Assembly: GCA_965649825.1 (NCBI GenBank)
Contig: OZ287694.1
Span: 1,673,197-1,737,196, forward strand
Origin: Penicillus capitatus
Lineage: Eukaryota; Plantae; Chlorophyta
Length of the DNA stretch: 64,000 nucleotides
Direction of reading: 5' to 3'
Shown: positions 24,390 to 36,384 of the stretch, one piece after another
How positions within the stretch are numbered: position 1 is the stretch's first letter
Layout of the letters: the number at the start of each line of letters is the position of its first letter
Position numbers and translations under genes: made by a program
Notes under the pieces: model-generated
Told to the model about the DNA's origin: nothing
What the model saw: the letters and a program-made list of their open reading frames with translations, nothing else
Database searches by the model: none

Positions 24390-26969
24390 TCACGCTGAAG
24401 AAGGCTCCAATCTGGCAAGTTTCTGAAGGATCCGGTCAACGGCGTTTTTTATCTCGCCCACGCTTTCTTCCATGTCGCTCATTCTTGTCGACAGTGTTTT
24501 CATCTCACTCATGCTCTCTTCCAAGTTTCTCACTCTGTTGAACATTGTAACAAACTCTTCCGTCGTTTTCTTACTGATCTCTAAGTAACACGAAGTCAAT
24601 TGACAGAACTCTGGCTTGTAATAGTTAGTTGACCTGCGAAAGCTTTCTCGTTCTTTTCTGCTACGGACTTGATAGTTCTTTCGAGTGCGATGAGTCTGCC
24701 ATGCCACTCGTCGTCAGAAGACTCTCCTTCGGTATCTTCGGGAACCAGGAAATGGAAAAAACTGTTCCCCGTCACGCTAATTTCTTCGAATCTATAATAC
24801 TTCCATAAACTGGACAGACTTCGATTTTCATTGAAAATCGAAAAGCACCTATAAACCAGAACATATTCGAAGACCACAACTTCCCCTTTCAATTTTTGAG
24901 TAATCTTATTACCCAATATACGCAGCAATGAAAATGCAGTCGTACGTTGCTTGCAGTCGATGCATTGACTGTTCTACCTTCTCCTTTGACCGAACTCTGT
25001 CATGTGTCTCGGTCAAGATAGAAACAAGCAGACTCATGAGAACAATCGGTCCGACGTAGATGAAGGAATTAAACAGTAAAGTTCTCCAGACTGTGAGAAA
25101 GTCACCAGCAGGGCGAAGCATCTGCACCGCGAAAACTTCGCTGGACGATGCCAGAAGAGCCGTTACGTAGAGGAGCTTACGTCAGTTTCAAAGTTACCAA
25201 GACCGGCATGGAACAGTGTCTCTAACGAACGTGGAAACGTATCAAAGTGGTCTCCGCCGCCAGATTCACCGTCGAAGAGAACCATGAACGCTGCGGAATG
25301 TCCAATCACCAGCAAAAAGCCCATCATCGCGAAAGGCAGCGAGTCCTTCATTGCATAGCCCGCCATCGAAACGAACGGTCCCAATCGGCCGAACGGTCGA
25401 AGGGTTCGAAAGAACTGATCCACACACAAGAAATCGCGTTACTGACGAGAGTACGAGAATGAACTTTGGATGAATCTTACCACGAGCCAGCAGACGATGC
25501 ATCCAACAGATGCCGTGAAAGATGAGAAGGCGGTGTGATGGTCAGTGACGCATGTGTGTACGAAGAGCACCATATCGATAACTAACATAGTCAACCTGTA
25601 CACAGACAACAAAGGGACAGACGAACTAAGATCATCGGTATGCATCACCTCAGCATCGACTGAGACATGTACATTACCCACCAATTTACAGCCAATGTTG
25701 CTGCTACGAGTGCCATTACAATTGCACGCTGGATTAGCCCAACATCGTCGTCTTGACGTCTGTACAGAATGGCAAAGCTCGTGAAAGTCACAGCAGCCAC
25801 GACATCCAGTCTAACGCCCAGCAAATAGACGTCATGGCAGCAGCTAAACAGCCAATCGATGTAAACTCTGACTGTCCTTGATGTGAGAACTTCTTCAGCT
25901 TCTGATACGCCACGAGCACGTAACCTCGCTAATCTATCCATACTACGACAAAGCACTCAGTTTAGTCGAAACGCTACTATGGACGTACTCGTCGTCAATG
26001 TGGAGGCCGAGCAATGCCCGAAGACGAATGCATGAGAATTTTGCCGCTACTTTGATCTGCTGACCCGTAGTGTCCGACAGTTTCTCGCCACGCTTGCTGT
26101 TCTGGATCCAGAGCGCCTTTGGTGCATCACTGTCCATAGCCTGCCAGCTCTCTGGATAATGATCGTCCGTCAGCATCACAACTGGAGTCTCTCCGTTTCT
26201 GCCGAACATGGCCTTCGGCACTTCAAACCTGGCGTACTCCATTGTGAACTTATCTTCGTTCAAGAAACGCAGTATGATCTTGCAGAATCGAGAAAGGAGA
26301 TCCAACACGTTTTCATCCAAGAGTTTGATTGTCTCTGCCACTGTCGTGTACTTTCCTGTCAGTTTGTCCAGAACGAATTCGACTTGAGCTTCAGATCTGT
26401 TGGCGATGGCCCGGGACAAAAGATCACCACCTTCGCATTTGAACGTCATGGGCACCCCATTGCTCTTCGCGTAATCCAGGAGGATGTTTGCACAGTCGAG
26501 TCGGCCTAGTTCCACAGCATTCCAGAAAATCGGCGTACCCTCTGCATCGACAGCGTGGATGATGCGCGTCCCATGTTCAGAAATGAGTCTGTTCAGTTTG
26601 TGAGACGGTTAGGCTACCATGCAGAAGACGAAACGGTATTTACCGTACGGTGCTCTCCAGTGTCCACTCTGACGGAGGGCCCAGAGTCCATATTCTCGTT
26701 TCGCCGGATTCGGAGTCGCCGTCATCTGTGGCAGCATGCAACCGTCACCTCCGCGACGAGGAATGGCGAATGGGACGGGTTGTCCACTCACCAATCGCCG
26801 TCGCTTCTTCGGGTTGTTTCTCTTCCTCGGTCTCCGTTGACAATGCCGGCTCTTGTCGTGGCGCATCATCTTGCTGAAGCGGATGTGAAGACGCCTTCGA
26901 GGAATCGACGTGTTCGAAAGGCAAAAACCCCTCCGCTTCCTCGTTAATCTCTTGATGCGACGAAGACAT
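24390..26969 (-). CDS. TRP-type cation channel paralog TRP-4, spliced, convergent with serpin A
   Basis: MSSSHQ start, PPSEWTLESTVR then intron, GTPIFWNAVELGRLDCA, GRLGPFVSM, FDTFPRSLETLFHAGLGNFE, MSLLVSILTETHDRV, FHFLVP..EWHGRL, coiled coil, stop at 24390. Confidence 0.88.
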
Positions 26970-27204
26970 CTTGCTTGCTCGTCTTGCAGCGTTATCGTAG
27001 AAAGAGGCGGTCGTCAAACACAAGAATCGACAACCGGTTCCGTCGATGACTCCTGACGATGACGCGGCATGCATGCATTATTTTATCGCTATCCTAAGTA
27101 CATGAACTATCATTGAGCGTTCCATGACGCATCTCTTAATGCAAACTAAACCACTGGGCGCATTTGAGGCTTCTCATCCGTTACCAGGATAGCCCAAGCA
27201 GACT

Positions 27205-28085
27205 TCACTGTATAAGAATGGAAGCCAAGGTGCGACGCAGTCTCTCCAGACTCTATCCGATGCCCAATCTTACCACAGGATCTGAGCATTCCATCTTTCT
27301 ATGCATACCCTTAATGATGACATCTTCATCGTTCACCTGGCACAATCCAGTCGTGCGCGGATGAGACACGAGAGTAGAAGGTAAGTGGACAGTCAATCAC
27401 CTACCTCCTTCCATTTCGTTGATCACGGCGTTTCCGTACTGGGTCGTCATCAGGTTTGCAAGGATCTTGATTTCGACCAGACGAACGTCGGCAGTGTTGT
27501 TCTTTCTCAGACACGCCAGACGCTCCTCTTCTGTGTCGCAGAACTGCATCGGCTGTCGTTATCATTCATCTAGATTAACAGGTTTATGCGGACACAGATG
27601 CACTGTGACGCGCCGCCGACCTGAATGGAGAATGGTGGCAACCACTGCATCCGCCAAGGCATGTGCGATACCTCCCACCACTCTTCCACTCCGAAAGCAC
27701 ATGCTCTTCAGCCCCTGTCCAGAATTAAGCCTCTCTCTGAAACGCAGTGGCAGGACGAAGTTATGAACTTGGAGTCGCCTCGGCCTGTGAGATGTGGACG
27801 AGGTTCCCGATAGAAATCGTTCCGCTGGTGCTGCCGGCTTTCTCTGTGACGTTCTCCGCGTACTGAATTCCTTCAAACAGAACTTCCAGGAGGAATCTGA
27901 GCGATTTCATCGAGCAGGAGAACGGGATCATCTGCCGAGTCTCCTAGAGTGCTGTCCGTCTTCAAATCCGTGGGACATATGATGACACACATCTTGCTTC
28001 GGAACGTGTGGCATTTCTTCCATCAAACACGATTGCTATTAGATTCTTTTCGGCTATCTGTACGAGCCGGGCTCCCTTTGCGCTG
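27205..28085 (-). pseudogene. CPSF3: 3' half of CPSF73 (CPSF3/Ysh1), decayed (copy B)
   Basis: IICPTDLK..STL, IPFSCSMKSLRFLLEVLFEG, HVLSEWKSG, LADAVVATIL, ILANLMTTQYG, LT|VNDEDVII..MECSDPVVR..SLERLRRTL follow the known order of the CPSF73 C-terminal region. Contains in-frame TGA/TAG/TAA and frameshifts. The catalytic MBL/beta-CASP part is absent. Confidence 0.7.
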
Positions 28086-28531
28086 CAACGGACGTTCAAT
28101 GTGTGATGCTTCGAACATTCTCTGTTACCAAGAACGCAACGCCGCAGATGCACGATCGCGCGTTCGCTAAGGTCGACCCTTCCCCGAAGGCACTGTGGTT
28201 TTGATCGCACTGGCGGTCGATACAAAGGTGCACAGGTTACAGAGCTCATTGTTTATGTTTATCATCATCAATGTGTGATGTTTTGGAGATAATGATATCG
28301 GCTCAGGGACGTGGTGCCATCAGGAATGCAAATCAACAATGCGCCCGCATGCCTCCACCAGACAATGTTCCCTGAACCTTAAATATCCCTTTTCTCCTAC
28401 TGACTTTCTGCCGGCCGATGACCAAAAAGATGACACAAGCCGTACGTGCCTCCTTGATAAATGAATGTTTCTACGGAAGGAATGCTTTATTCACGACACA
28501 CAGACAAAGACGGATGGATGAATTATGTCCG

Positions 28532-30258
28532 TCACTGCTTGTATGTACGGTTGGATGGATGCGGCCTGGAGAAGGTGACTTTATGTCTGGCAGCACGTTC
28601 CTTAGATGCATCCCTCGCTTGCTGTTGCCTCATACGTCTTTCTTTCTTCGTCACGAGCATCCCCAGCCATTTATACAATCGCAAACGGTTATTGGGATGC
28701 ACTATTTTACAGTAGAGGTGGTGGTACAGATCAAGTTCGAGAGGAAAGCTGTCGCCGAGCTGTACCTTTGTACGGACAGTGACTTGTACGTACTTCTTAT
28801 CTGTCAATCCGAAGGCGGGCGAGATTGAGTTCAGTCGCTGAGAGAGAATCCGTTTCGGATCGAACGCGATCACTGCAGTCGCCGATCCGATCTCGATCCA
28901 CTGGGCGATATCTAACGATTGCTCTTCGGCATCCGACACCTTCACAACGACTGACGCGAATCGCTCGATCGGGAGCGGAAACTGTCGATCCCATGACAGC
29001 TGCAGTCGAACGCGGAAGCTCTCGCCAAGTTTCATCAGGTACACGGGATCGTGCTCGAGATAATCGTCGAAGAAAGCGGGCGCCTCTTTGGTTGTTCTTT
29101 TTTCAAATGGAAGCGCGTGATCGCTTTCCCCAGTGAAAAGCTCGACATCCATATCGATCGTCAGCTTTTCATGAATGCAATGCAGAAGGGACCATCGTTG
29201 CCAGGCCGGATCTAACGCTGGACACAAGTGCCTGAGAGTAAACTAGATAAGCCGGATGTCGGAGGTGAAAAGGCATAAGTCGGTAGCTATACTTTATCCC
29301 GGGAAGTAAAGGGGGTCGCCTTCAGTAATGCTGTCGCCGTTTTTCGCTCTGATGGGTTTTGCAGTAGGCATGACTGGATGCATCGAAGGGTCTGTTCCTC
29401 AAGTGGTACACCGTGTGCGTATCGATCGGCCGAGGGCCACTCCTCTGGAGAGTTCTCTACGGACACCGGCGCTTCCGTAAGCTGTCTGTACAGTAGCTTC
29501 TGAATTCCGCCAACGTCTGTGACAAAAGAACCTATGGTGCAGCGAACGCTAGACGGTGGATCGGGATTGGGCAGAGCCTACGAGTGAAGACTTCAAACGC
29601 GATGACGCCGAAGGACCATATGTCCATCGAAGGCTCAATGCAGATTTGGTCGAGGCCACGATTTGGAGCCTCGATTAGTTCAGGACTATCAAATCTGCTA
29701 ACGTTCGGCTGGACACGACAGGCCTCTCCGACCGAGGTCGCCGCTGAGAAGCTGATCACTTTCCAAGTGAAGTCTCCAGAGAACCACATGATATGCGACG
29801 GATGCAGATTGCCGTGAACGATGCCCGCGTCGTGCATAGACTGCAGGCCTTCCAAAACCTGAACAGCAGGCCACGATGGCATCTGTCCTACGCCCAGAGC
29901 TGAACGCACCGAGTAGACGACTGACATCTGCTCGATGGAAGACATCTGTCGTCCGGACATGAATTCGACAAGTGTAAGGCAGCCTCGTTCCAGCACGATA
30001 AAGGGAGGGAACCCTTCAATGTCTTCTCGGCTTTCTATCATGCTGTCGTGGAGGCGGAATTGGGAGATGGGATGCCGGCAGAGATGCTTGCCTGCAAACG
30101 TGAAGGTGGGCCCCCCGTAGATCACGCTGTGCCCTAACGGCGTTCTTGAATTCTTGTGGACGTCCTGGAAAGAATTTAATGAAGACCTCTCGGCCAGTCG
30201 ACGAATCCATCGCACATCGACCATGCTCTGTTCCCGGAATCTTTTCCGATTGGATCAC
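28532..30258 (-). CDS. Ser/Thr kinase-like pseudokinase with an additional C-terminal domain, spliced; 5' end may lie further upstream
   Basis: VFIK (catalytic Lys kept), FPPFIVLERG, HGNLHPSH in place of HRDLKPxN, WKVISFS in place of WKLIDFG, SPE, DIWSFG, CLLQNPSERKT. Followed by an exon of about 230 aa (28532-29230). Introns include GC-AG 30043-30091. Confidence 0.8.
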
Positions 30259-30752
30259 ATACCTAGGCAGCGCAGACCGTAAGCAAAAAGCAAACGGTTG
30301 AGGTCGCTCTGCCTATCAGCTATGCAACATCCTGTCTCAAGGTCAGCCAGTCGCTTATGGCCGTTTGTATGTATCGCCTCTGTCTTTGCAGACGGATGCG
30401 AGGATGGGATGGGCTGATGGGTGACTGGGAGATCATGCGTCGTGTTTAATCCTAAACTGAAAACGGACTCTTTGAGGCGGACCCTTGCCGAAAGGCTAAT
30501 GTAACGTGCCTGTGCTGATGAACGGTCTCTTCATATATATTACATGCCGGACGTGGTTCATCGGCCTGGGAGCTCATACTTTTATAGCTTAAGGATGCTC
30601 CCGATGGATGATGTCTCGAACTCTCATCTGCGCAGTGTTTGTCATCACCGCGTGGCCAAAGGGCACGCCGCGGAGGAGAAAGAAACGCATGATACGAAGG
30701 AGATTCGTCAAACGGGCACGCATGCCCGCTCCGTTAGCATACGACGGTTGTT

Positions 30753-30816
30753 TTTGCGTAGCTAGGTCATAAAAGGTGTGTCTCTTTGCGTAGCTAGGTC
30801 ATAAATGGTATGTCTC
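30753..30816. repeat. 32-bp tandem duplication (2 copies, 2 mismatches)
   Basis: TTTGCGTAGCTAGGTCATAAAAGGTGTGTCTC / TTTGCGTAGCTAGGTCATAAATGGTATGTCTC. Confidence 0.9.
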
Positions 30817-31831
30817 ACGGGCGATACCGACACGGAACGCGTTGAATCGTCGATAACAGAGCGCGTCCGTCCGCCGATGGGGAACGGGATAAGAACGAGG
30901 GGCACCATCGCATGAGCGATAGACCGTTGTCGAAACTCCTCGTACCGTGATATTGGCTGGTTGGCAGCATCGTAGAATACAACAAGTGAAACGCGCGCGT
31001 CGTTCTCGACACCAAAACAGCATTCGATACGATTTGTTCAAATCGTTCGTTCTCTGCGAACGCAAACAAGCGACGCAAACCGTACGTCAGGTTATAGAAT
31101 CAACGGAAATCGTGTCTTTCACAAGGCGGCTCAAAAAGTCCTTCGTTAAGAACAACGGGACAACAGATATGCTTACGTCGACGCAACCGGACCTATCGTG
31201 CCCGACAGTCATGTCTGACGTATGGCACACGCCTCGTGTCTCCGGTTATCGCTTTGGTCCAACGCCTCTGCGTGACGTCTTTCTTTCCTAGCGAAGAGCT
31301 CCGAGCAAGATATGCTACGATCATGGGATTCATTGTTACACGAGCCCGAACCCAGTCCATGTTACAAGTTCTTGTACGATAGGGCGAAAGGATGACAGAT
31401 ACCATCGTAAATGTCACTCCCCCTCTGCCCTACGGAAAGAAGGAAACGGAACACGAAATTCGGTCATGTCTGTTCACCATAAGGAGAATGCATAGCATCC
31501 ACCGTCCATCGCCCGAGGGTCTTCTCTGTTTTGCGAATGCCGCCTCCAAGAAACGATGGTCAAGGAGGGCGGCGTTCGATCGAGGCGAAACTGCCTTGTT
31601 TATTCCTAATCCTATCTATCTACTGAATGATGGACTCTCCACCTCGATGAGAGAGAACCCTGTCTCCCTTATCGACAAATACAGAGTTGGATGAAAGGCA
31701 AACCCTCCCCTGAGGATGTAACAAACGAAGTAATAATTCTCATGAAGAGTGAATGCTTTCGTCGAGTGGACCGACGCACATTCGGCCTCTCATGAAAAAC
31801 CTAATGCCCGACTCAAGGAACTGGCGTTAAA

Positions 31832-32464
31832 CTAAATTTTAGATGAACTTCTTGTGAATAGGCGTTTTAGAAATGTGCATGCGGATGTCTTTCGATCGCG
31901 TAGCATGCGTATTGCCGTTCGAAAGGATTGGGGGAGACGTTCCCAAAAGATATGGAAACGAGAGCATCGTGGATGCTTCATGCAACGGCCGGAAGAAGGT
32001 ATAGACAATATGCGTAAAGGCATGCTGGGATCATGAAGGAAGGGATATATCGTAGAGAGACCAGGGGGTCTTTCTATCATCTGACATCCAATTGCGCTTT
32101 GATCGGCGTCAAACGCCATCGTCGCTCCATCGACGACGGCCACATCGATATCGGAATTTGCCGCTGCGGAAATGATCCATGAGCGAATCGGATCATCGGC
32201 GTATCGATCGATCAGCATGCATTCGATATCGACGGGGGCGGTTTGCAGGACGTCGCGAAAGAGGCGGTCGTCCAGCGGGTGGATGCGGTTTCGGCGAGAG
32301 CAGTGGCCGACGTCTGTATACGGTGGACGATTCAAATGCGACTCAACGCAGCGGTTGAGAGGGTGGTCTCGGCGAGAAACGAACGCCAGGAAGTGGCTGC
32401 TCATATTGTTCCTCCCGTCACCGTGTCTCCTCTCCGCCGCAGACGCCAGATCTTGCCCGGACAT
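31832..32464 (-). CDS. Hypothetical protein (family not recognised; may include unspliced introns)
   Basis: 210-codon ATG ORF with a protein-like core (RIHPLDDRLFRDVLQTAPVDIECMLIDRYADDPIRSWIISAAANSDIDVAVVDG). No motif recognised. Confidence 0.3.
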   Translation of the reverse strand: MSGQDLASAAERRHGDGRNNMSSHFLAFVSRRDHPLNRCVESHLNRPPYTDVGHCSRRNRIHPLDDRLFRDVLQTAPVDIECMLIDRYADDPIRSWIISAAANSDIDVAVVDGATMAFDADQSAIGCQMIERPPGLSTIYPFLHDPSMPLRILSIPSSGRCMKHPRCSRFHIFWERLPQSFRTAIRMLRDRKTSACTFLKRLFTRSSSKI

Positions 32465-34149
32465 GGAGGTTTATGTTTCTTCGGCGAGAGCTAAGACACA
32501 CAGTACTGGCGTCAGATGATCTAAACCAGAAAGCTTCTATCTGGCAAACGAAAAGACTTACGCGTCGGACGAGGCAGAATTAATGGCAATGCGAAATTGC
32601 TGGAGGGAACTCGCGAGTAGAGCGGGAAAGAAAGAAAAGGAAAGCTATGCTTTCAGCGGATCGGCAAGCGTTTTAAACGGCAAAACATCTCTGAGCAGTA
32701 CTGTCGATACTTGACGCGTCAGCCCACGTCTACCTTTTGCCCAGCTGGTGATCGAAATGATCTGTATCGCCACTGTACTTTCATTGTTTGCAACACCCAC
32801 GGTTTGCACGCATGCTATCCAAGGTTAGACATCGATCAGTCCCATGGGTCCGTCGATAAAGTACTGGACTGACGATGCCTGTTGGGGTATGATATCCTCC
32901 GACACGGCCGCACAGGACAGACGACAAAGATGAGATGGAGAGAGGAGAGCATAGGGTTTGGCAAAACGCGTCGGAATTTCGACAGCAACAACGCGTTCGT
33001 TGCGCCGCGAAGGTGTTCCGTACGTAGAACCGTTCACGTCGGCAAGACGGGGTCGTTTGCCTATCGACCACAGAAAAGACGACACGAAGGGTATGCCGTT
33101 GAATAACGTCATACGCACCGATTATTGATCGGTATAATTTAAAGCATCAACGGGTCTGTTGTGTCATAAGAGAATCGCGTGATCGTTGGCCATTTTGCAA
33201 GGAGAGTGCATCTCTCATACCATTCGTGGCGTACAGTACATGTTGTCGTTCGTCTTAGTGTTTCTCGTTGAAAGGCATCTTTTCACATCAATCAATGACA
33301 CAACCATGTCTGCCACCCCTCTCTTGTCGCGCTGCCGCGCCGCGCTTCGAAGATCGTCAGCGAAAGGCTTAAAGCGTTTACTGTCAGGAGAAACAGAGCC
33401 GTCGCATCGTGACTGCCTAGTTTTTTCAGGATTCTGTCTCCGAAGGGGCACTTACACGACGTGTCATGTCACCTTTGACATGTAAAGACATGAACGTGGA
33501 CACATGTGAACCTTTGCTCTGTAATACGTGAAGCTTTCATCTGACTTTACAGAGCAGTGGTATTTTAGATGTTCGCATTCACGGATTGATACACCAATTG
33601 TGACTAGACTTGTCTAGGCGGGTGAGTCACCCGCCTTCGAGAGCCATAGAAAGTACCTCCAAGAAGCGATGAACCTCATACGAGCGCTCCTTTGGAGACA
33701 GGACCCTGGGAGACGAGGCAGTCCTTGGACAGACATGACATGACGCCACAAAGTAATGACAGTCATTAAGCGAGAGTGTGACATTTCTGATATCACACCT
33801 ATTTGATTGGCGCGGGCTTGCCAGACACAGTCGGTGACGGGTGCGCGTTTACGGTTGTGTCTCCGCGGACCGGACACGCTGTCCGCTTCCTGATGGGACG
33901 GCAGTCCGCGGGGACCGAGGACTATATAGCTGACGTCACCCCTCACCTGTAGCATTTGCATTCGCTCAGGTCCTGTTCCTCCGTCCGACGCTGCGCGTTC
34001 GCGCTGACCGCGACGCGCGAGTCGTATGTATTCCCGTTAGTCGGGGTCAACTCTGATGGGACCTCCATTCTCTGTGTCCGGCGCAGGAATCAACCCCAAT
34101 GGCATACTTCTCGAAATAGTCCAACTGCACTATCCGCTTCGGATCGATC

Positions 34150-34980
34150 CCCGAAGTCGAGGAGAAGAACTTCAATTCCCTTCCACGAGCCGTTGAGACT
34201 CTCTTCCATGCCTCTGTCAAGAGCTATGAGGAAGATGTAAGTGTGTTCGACTGGCACCTACTCTCAACTATCATTCTAACAGACGCTTTTGTCTGACAGA
34301 TGCTTCGTTCATCGAGTGGGTTTCTCGCTGTCTGGAGATCGCTGCTGTTCAGTTCCTTCATCTATGTTGGCGGGATTGTACTCATGAGCCTGCTGGTCGC
34401 TATACTGACCGACACGTATGACAGAGTTCGATCAGAGGAGGGAGCAGAACTGAGAAAGCGCCAGATGAAGCTCATTTCCGGCTTTCAAAATTCGAGGAGA
34501 TTCTTTTATTCTCAACGCGAAAACCAGTAAGTGTATCAGGCTCTAACATTTGCTTACGAAATCTTTCTGGCTCGAAGGAGGGACGAGATCTTTGTTTCAA
34601 ACCTCCCAGGTCAAAGGGTTTTGAAGAAGACACAATCCAACCTTAGCAGCTGCCTTTCCCGATCAGAGACTGAAAGGTACTTTCATTATTTAATACCAGA
34701 AAACAGAAACGAAGAAGCGTCGCCCGATGAAGAATGGCATGGCAGACTTGCGAAACTCGAAAGAGTCATCAAGAAAGAAGCGCTGAATACCGAACAGAGT
34801 CTTGCTAGAAATTTTGCTGGACAGTTCAACTCTCACTCCGAACAGATGAAGGAACTCATGGCAATGTGTTCAGAAACTGCATCTCTGGTTCAGAAAATGG
34901 CAAATCAGTCAGAGGAAACAGAAACCTGGAAAAAAAAGATGGAAAAGAGAGTGGCCAAGATTGAGACCTCTATCAACTAA
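34150..34980 (+). pseudogene. 5'-truncated TRP gene (pore, S6 and C-terminus only), closest to TRP-8
   Basis: FNSLPRAVETLFHASVKSYEED, intron, MLRSSSGFLAVWRSLLF..MSLLVAILTDTYDRV, YFHYLIP..EEWHGRL. The S6 exon differs from 63882-64000 at 7 of 119 nt. Upstream is not open. TAA at 34978 probably truncates SIN(Q)LLQ. Confidence 0.75.
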
Positions 34981-35599
34981 CTTCTTCAAAGACAGGACCC
35001 GCCCGGGACATCTGCAGACGGAATGTGGATTTGGAGGCATTTGAGTACCTTTCCAGCACAGATTTTGAATCGAAGTCTCGTAGACTCGTATGAATAAGCG
35101 AGACTGGTTGGCAGACGACAGTTGTGGCGCACTCTATTCGGAACGTGCTGTAAATGATGGTTTGTTAGTAGACTGACAGATGCGTTCCTTATTACCTTTC
35201 CCTAGTGAAACTGTTCCTTGGATCTGTCTTCGGTAGAGGTGCTTACTCGTCTTCCTCTCCATTGAAAAGAGACAATCAGTGGATAAACGAACATCCGAGC
35301 TGTTGCTTTGTGCTTTTTATTGCGAGAAGATGCGCAGTGCGCGCGGACGACGATGTTCAGATTGGTCCAAAGAATGGACAGTTTTCGGTGTCGCCTAACC
35401 TGTCACTTCTGGCAGACGGTCGTCGTCTGAGGTCGATCATTGATTCTCGTGTCAGCAAACACTGAAGAGTCAAATCTCGGTGGTTGCGGATTCGGAGCAA
35501 AGAGCTTTGTTTCGACAACGATTAAGCGAAGGTTAAGGACCGGTTCTTGTCAACTGGCAGTTGATCTCTACCTTTCGGCTTAACGAAGAGTAGTGCGAG

Positions 35600-36080
35600 T
35601 CGACTTTGTTGCGACTCGTTATCGACGGCATCGCCACTAGTGTTTTCGAATGCACCACTTTCTAACCGCAGGAGATCTACAAGAGTCATCTTACAAACGC
35701 TTTCTAGGATAACAATGCAGAACGATTCAACGCTTAGATAAACGCTCCAGAAAGTTGCCGAGATCGTCGGGAAAAGAGATCGGTTCGCCCAGACGATGGC
35801 AAGGCAGAGAGCGAAACTGACTGCCACAGCTTTACGGCCAACGGCCTCGCGACTGCAGGTTTCTCGGATGGTCGGCGAATCCACTCTTTTCGCAAACGTC
35901 GCTTCACTTTGCTCTTCGACGAACGTTGTGCTGTGATCTGCGCGCAAACCGAGACAATAGCGCGAAAATGTCCCGTCATGTACCTGTCTTTTAGTCCACG
36001 ATGACTCGTCCTTGTTAGTACGAGACAGTTCTGGTGGACACTGTCGGACTGTATCTGTCGCCATTATCTGCAAGCAAACA
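35600..36080 (-). pseudogene. Relic of an unknown, signal-peptide-bearing gene (paralog of 44000-44990)
   Basis: GRKAVAVSFALCLAIVWAN vs MAMGRKVVAVCFALCHVVVLVNG. Clear nucleotide homology between 35740-36080 and 44640-44990. Confidence 0.35.
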
Positions 36081-36384
36081 AGTCACTATAGGTCGATGCG
36101 TATCGACTCGAAGATGAAGGGGTTTACTCTAAACTTCCACATCGGTCGCGTCCCGGGGACGGCATCTGTTTTGCTGCTGTGCGTCGTAAAGGCCATACAT
36201 ACCCTTATGTCGCGCCAACACAACAGAAACGTCACATCATGTCATCAAGCAAAGGCCACTGCTTACCAACTCGACTGTCGTTCCGTCCGCATCGATTCAC
36301 GCTTTGCGCGTTTTCCCACTGTCGTTTTGTCTCTTCAGCGACGCTATGCACGATTTTCGAGACTCCGTCGCTGGCGTCTTAGAT

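Noticed and set aside
34978-34980. In-frame TAA/TAG at apparent Gln/Lys positions, suggesting the TAR=Gln code of some ulvophytes
   Set aside because: Homologous MFS genes end in TGA, TAA and TAG at equivalent positions. The in-frame stops occur only in relics that also carry frameshifts or TGA.
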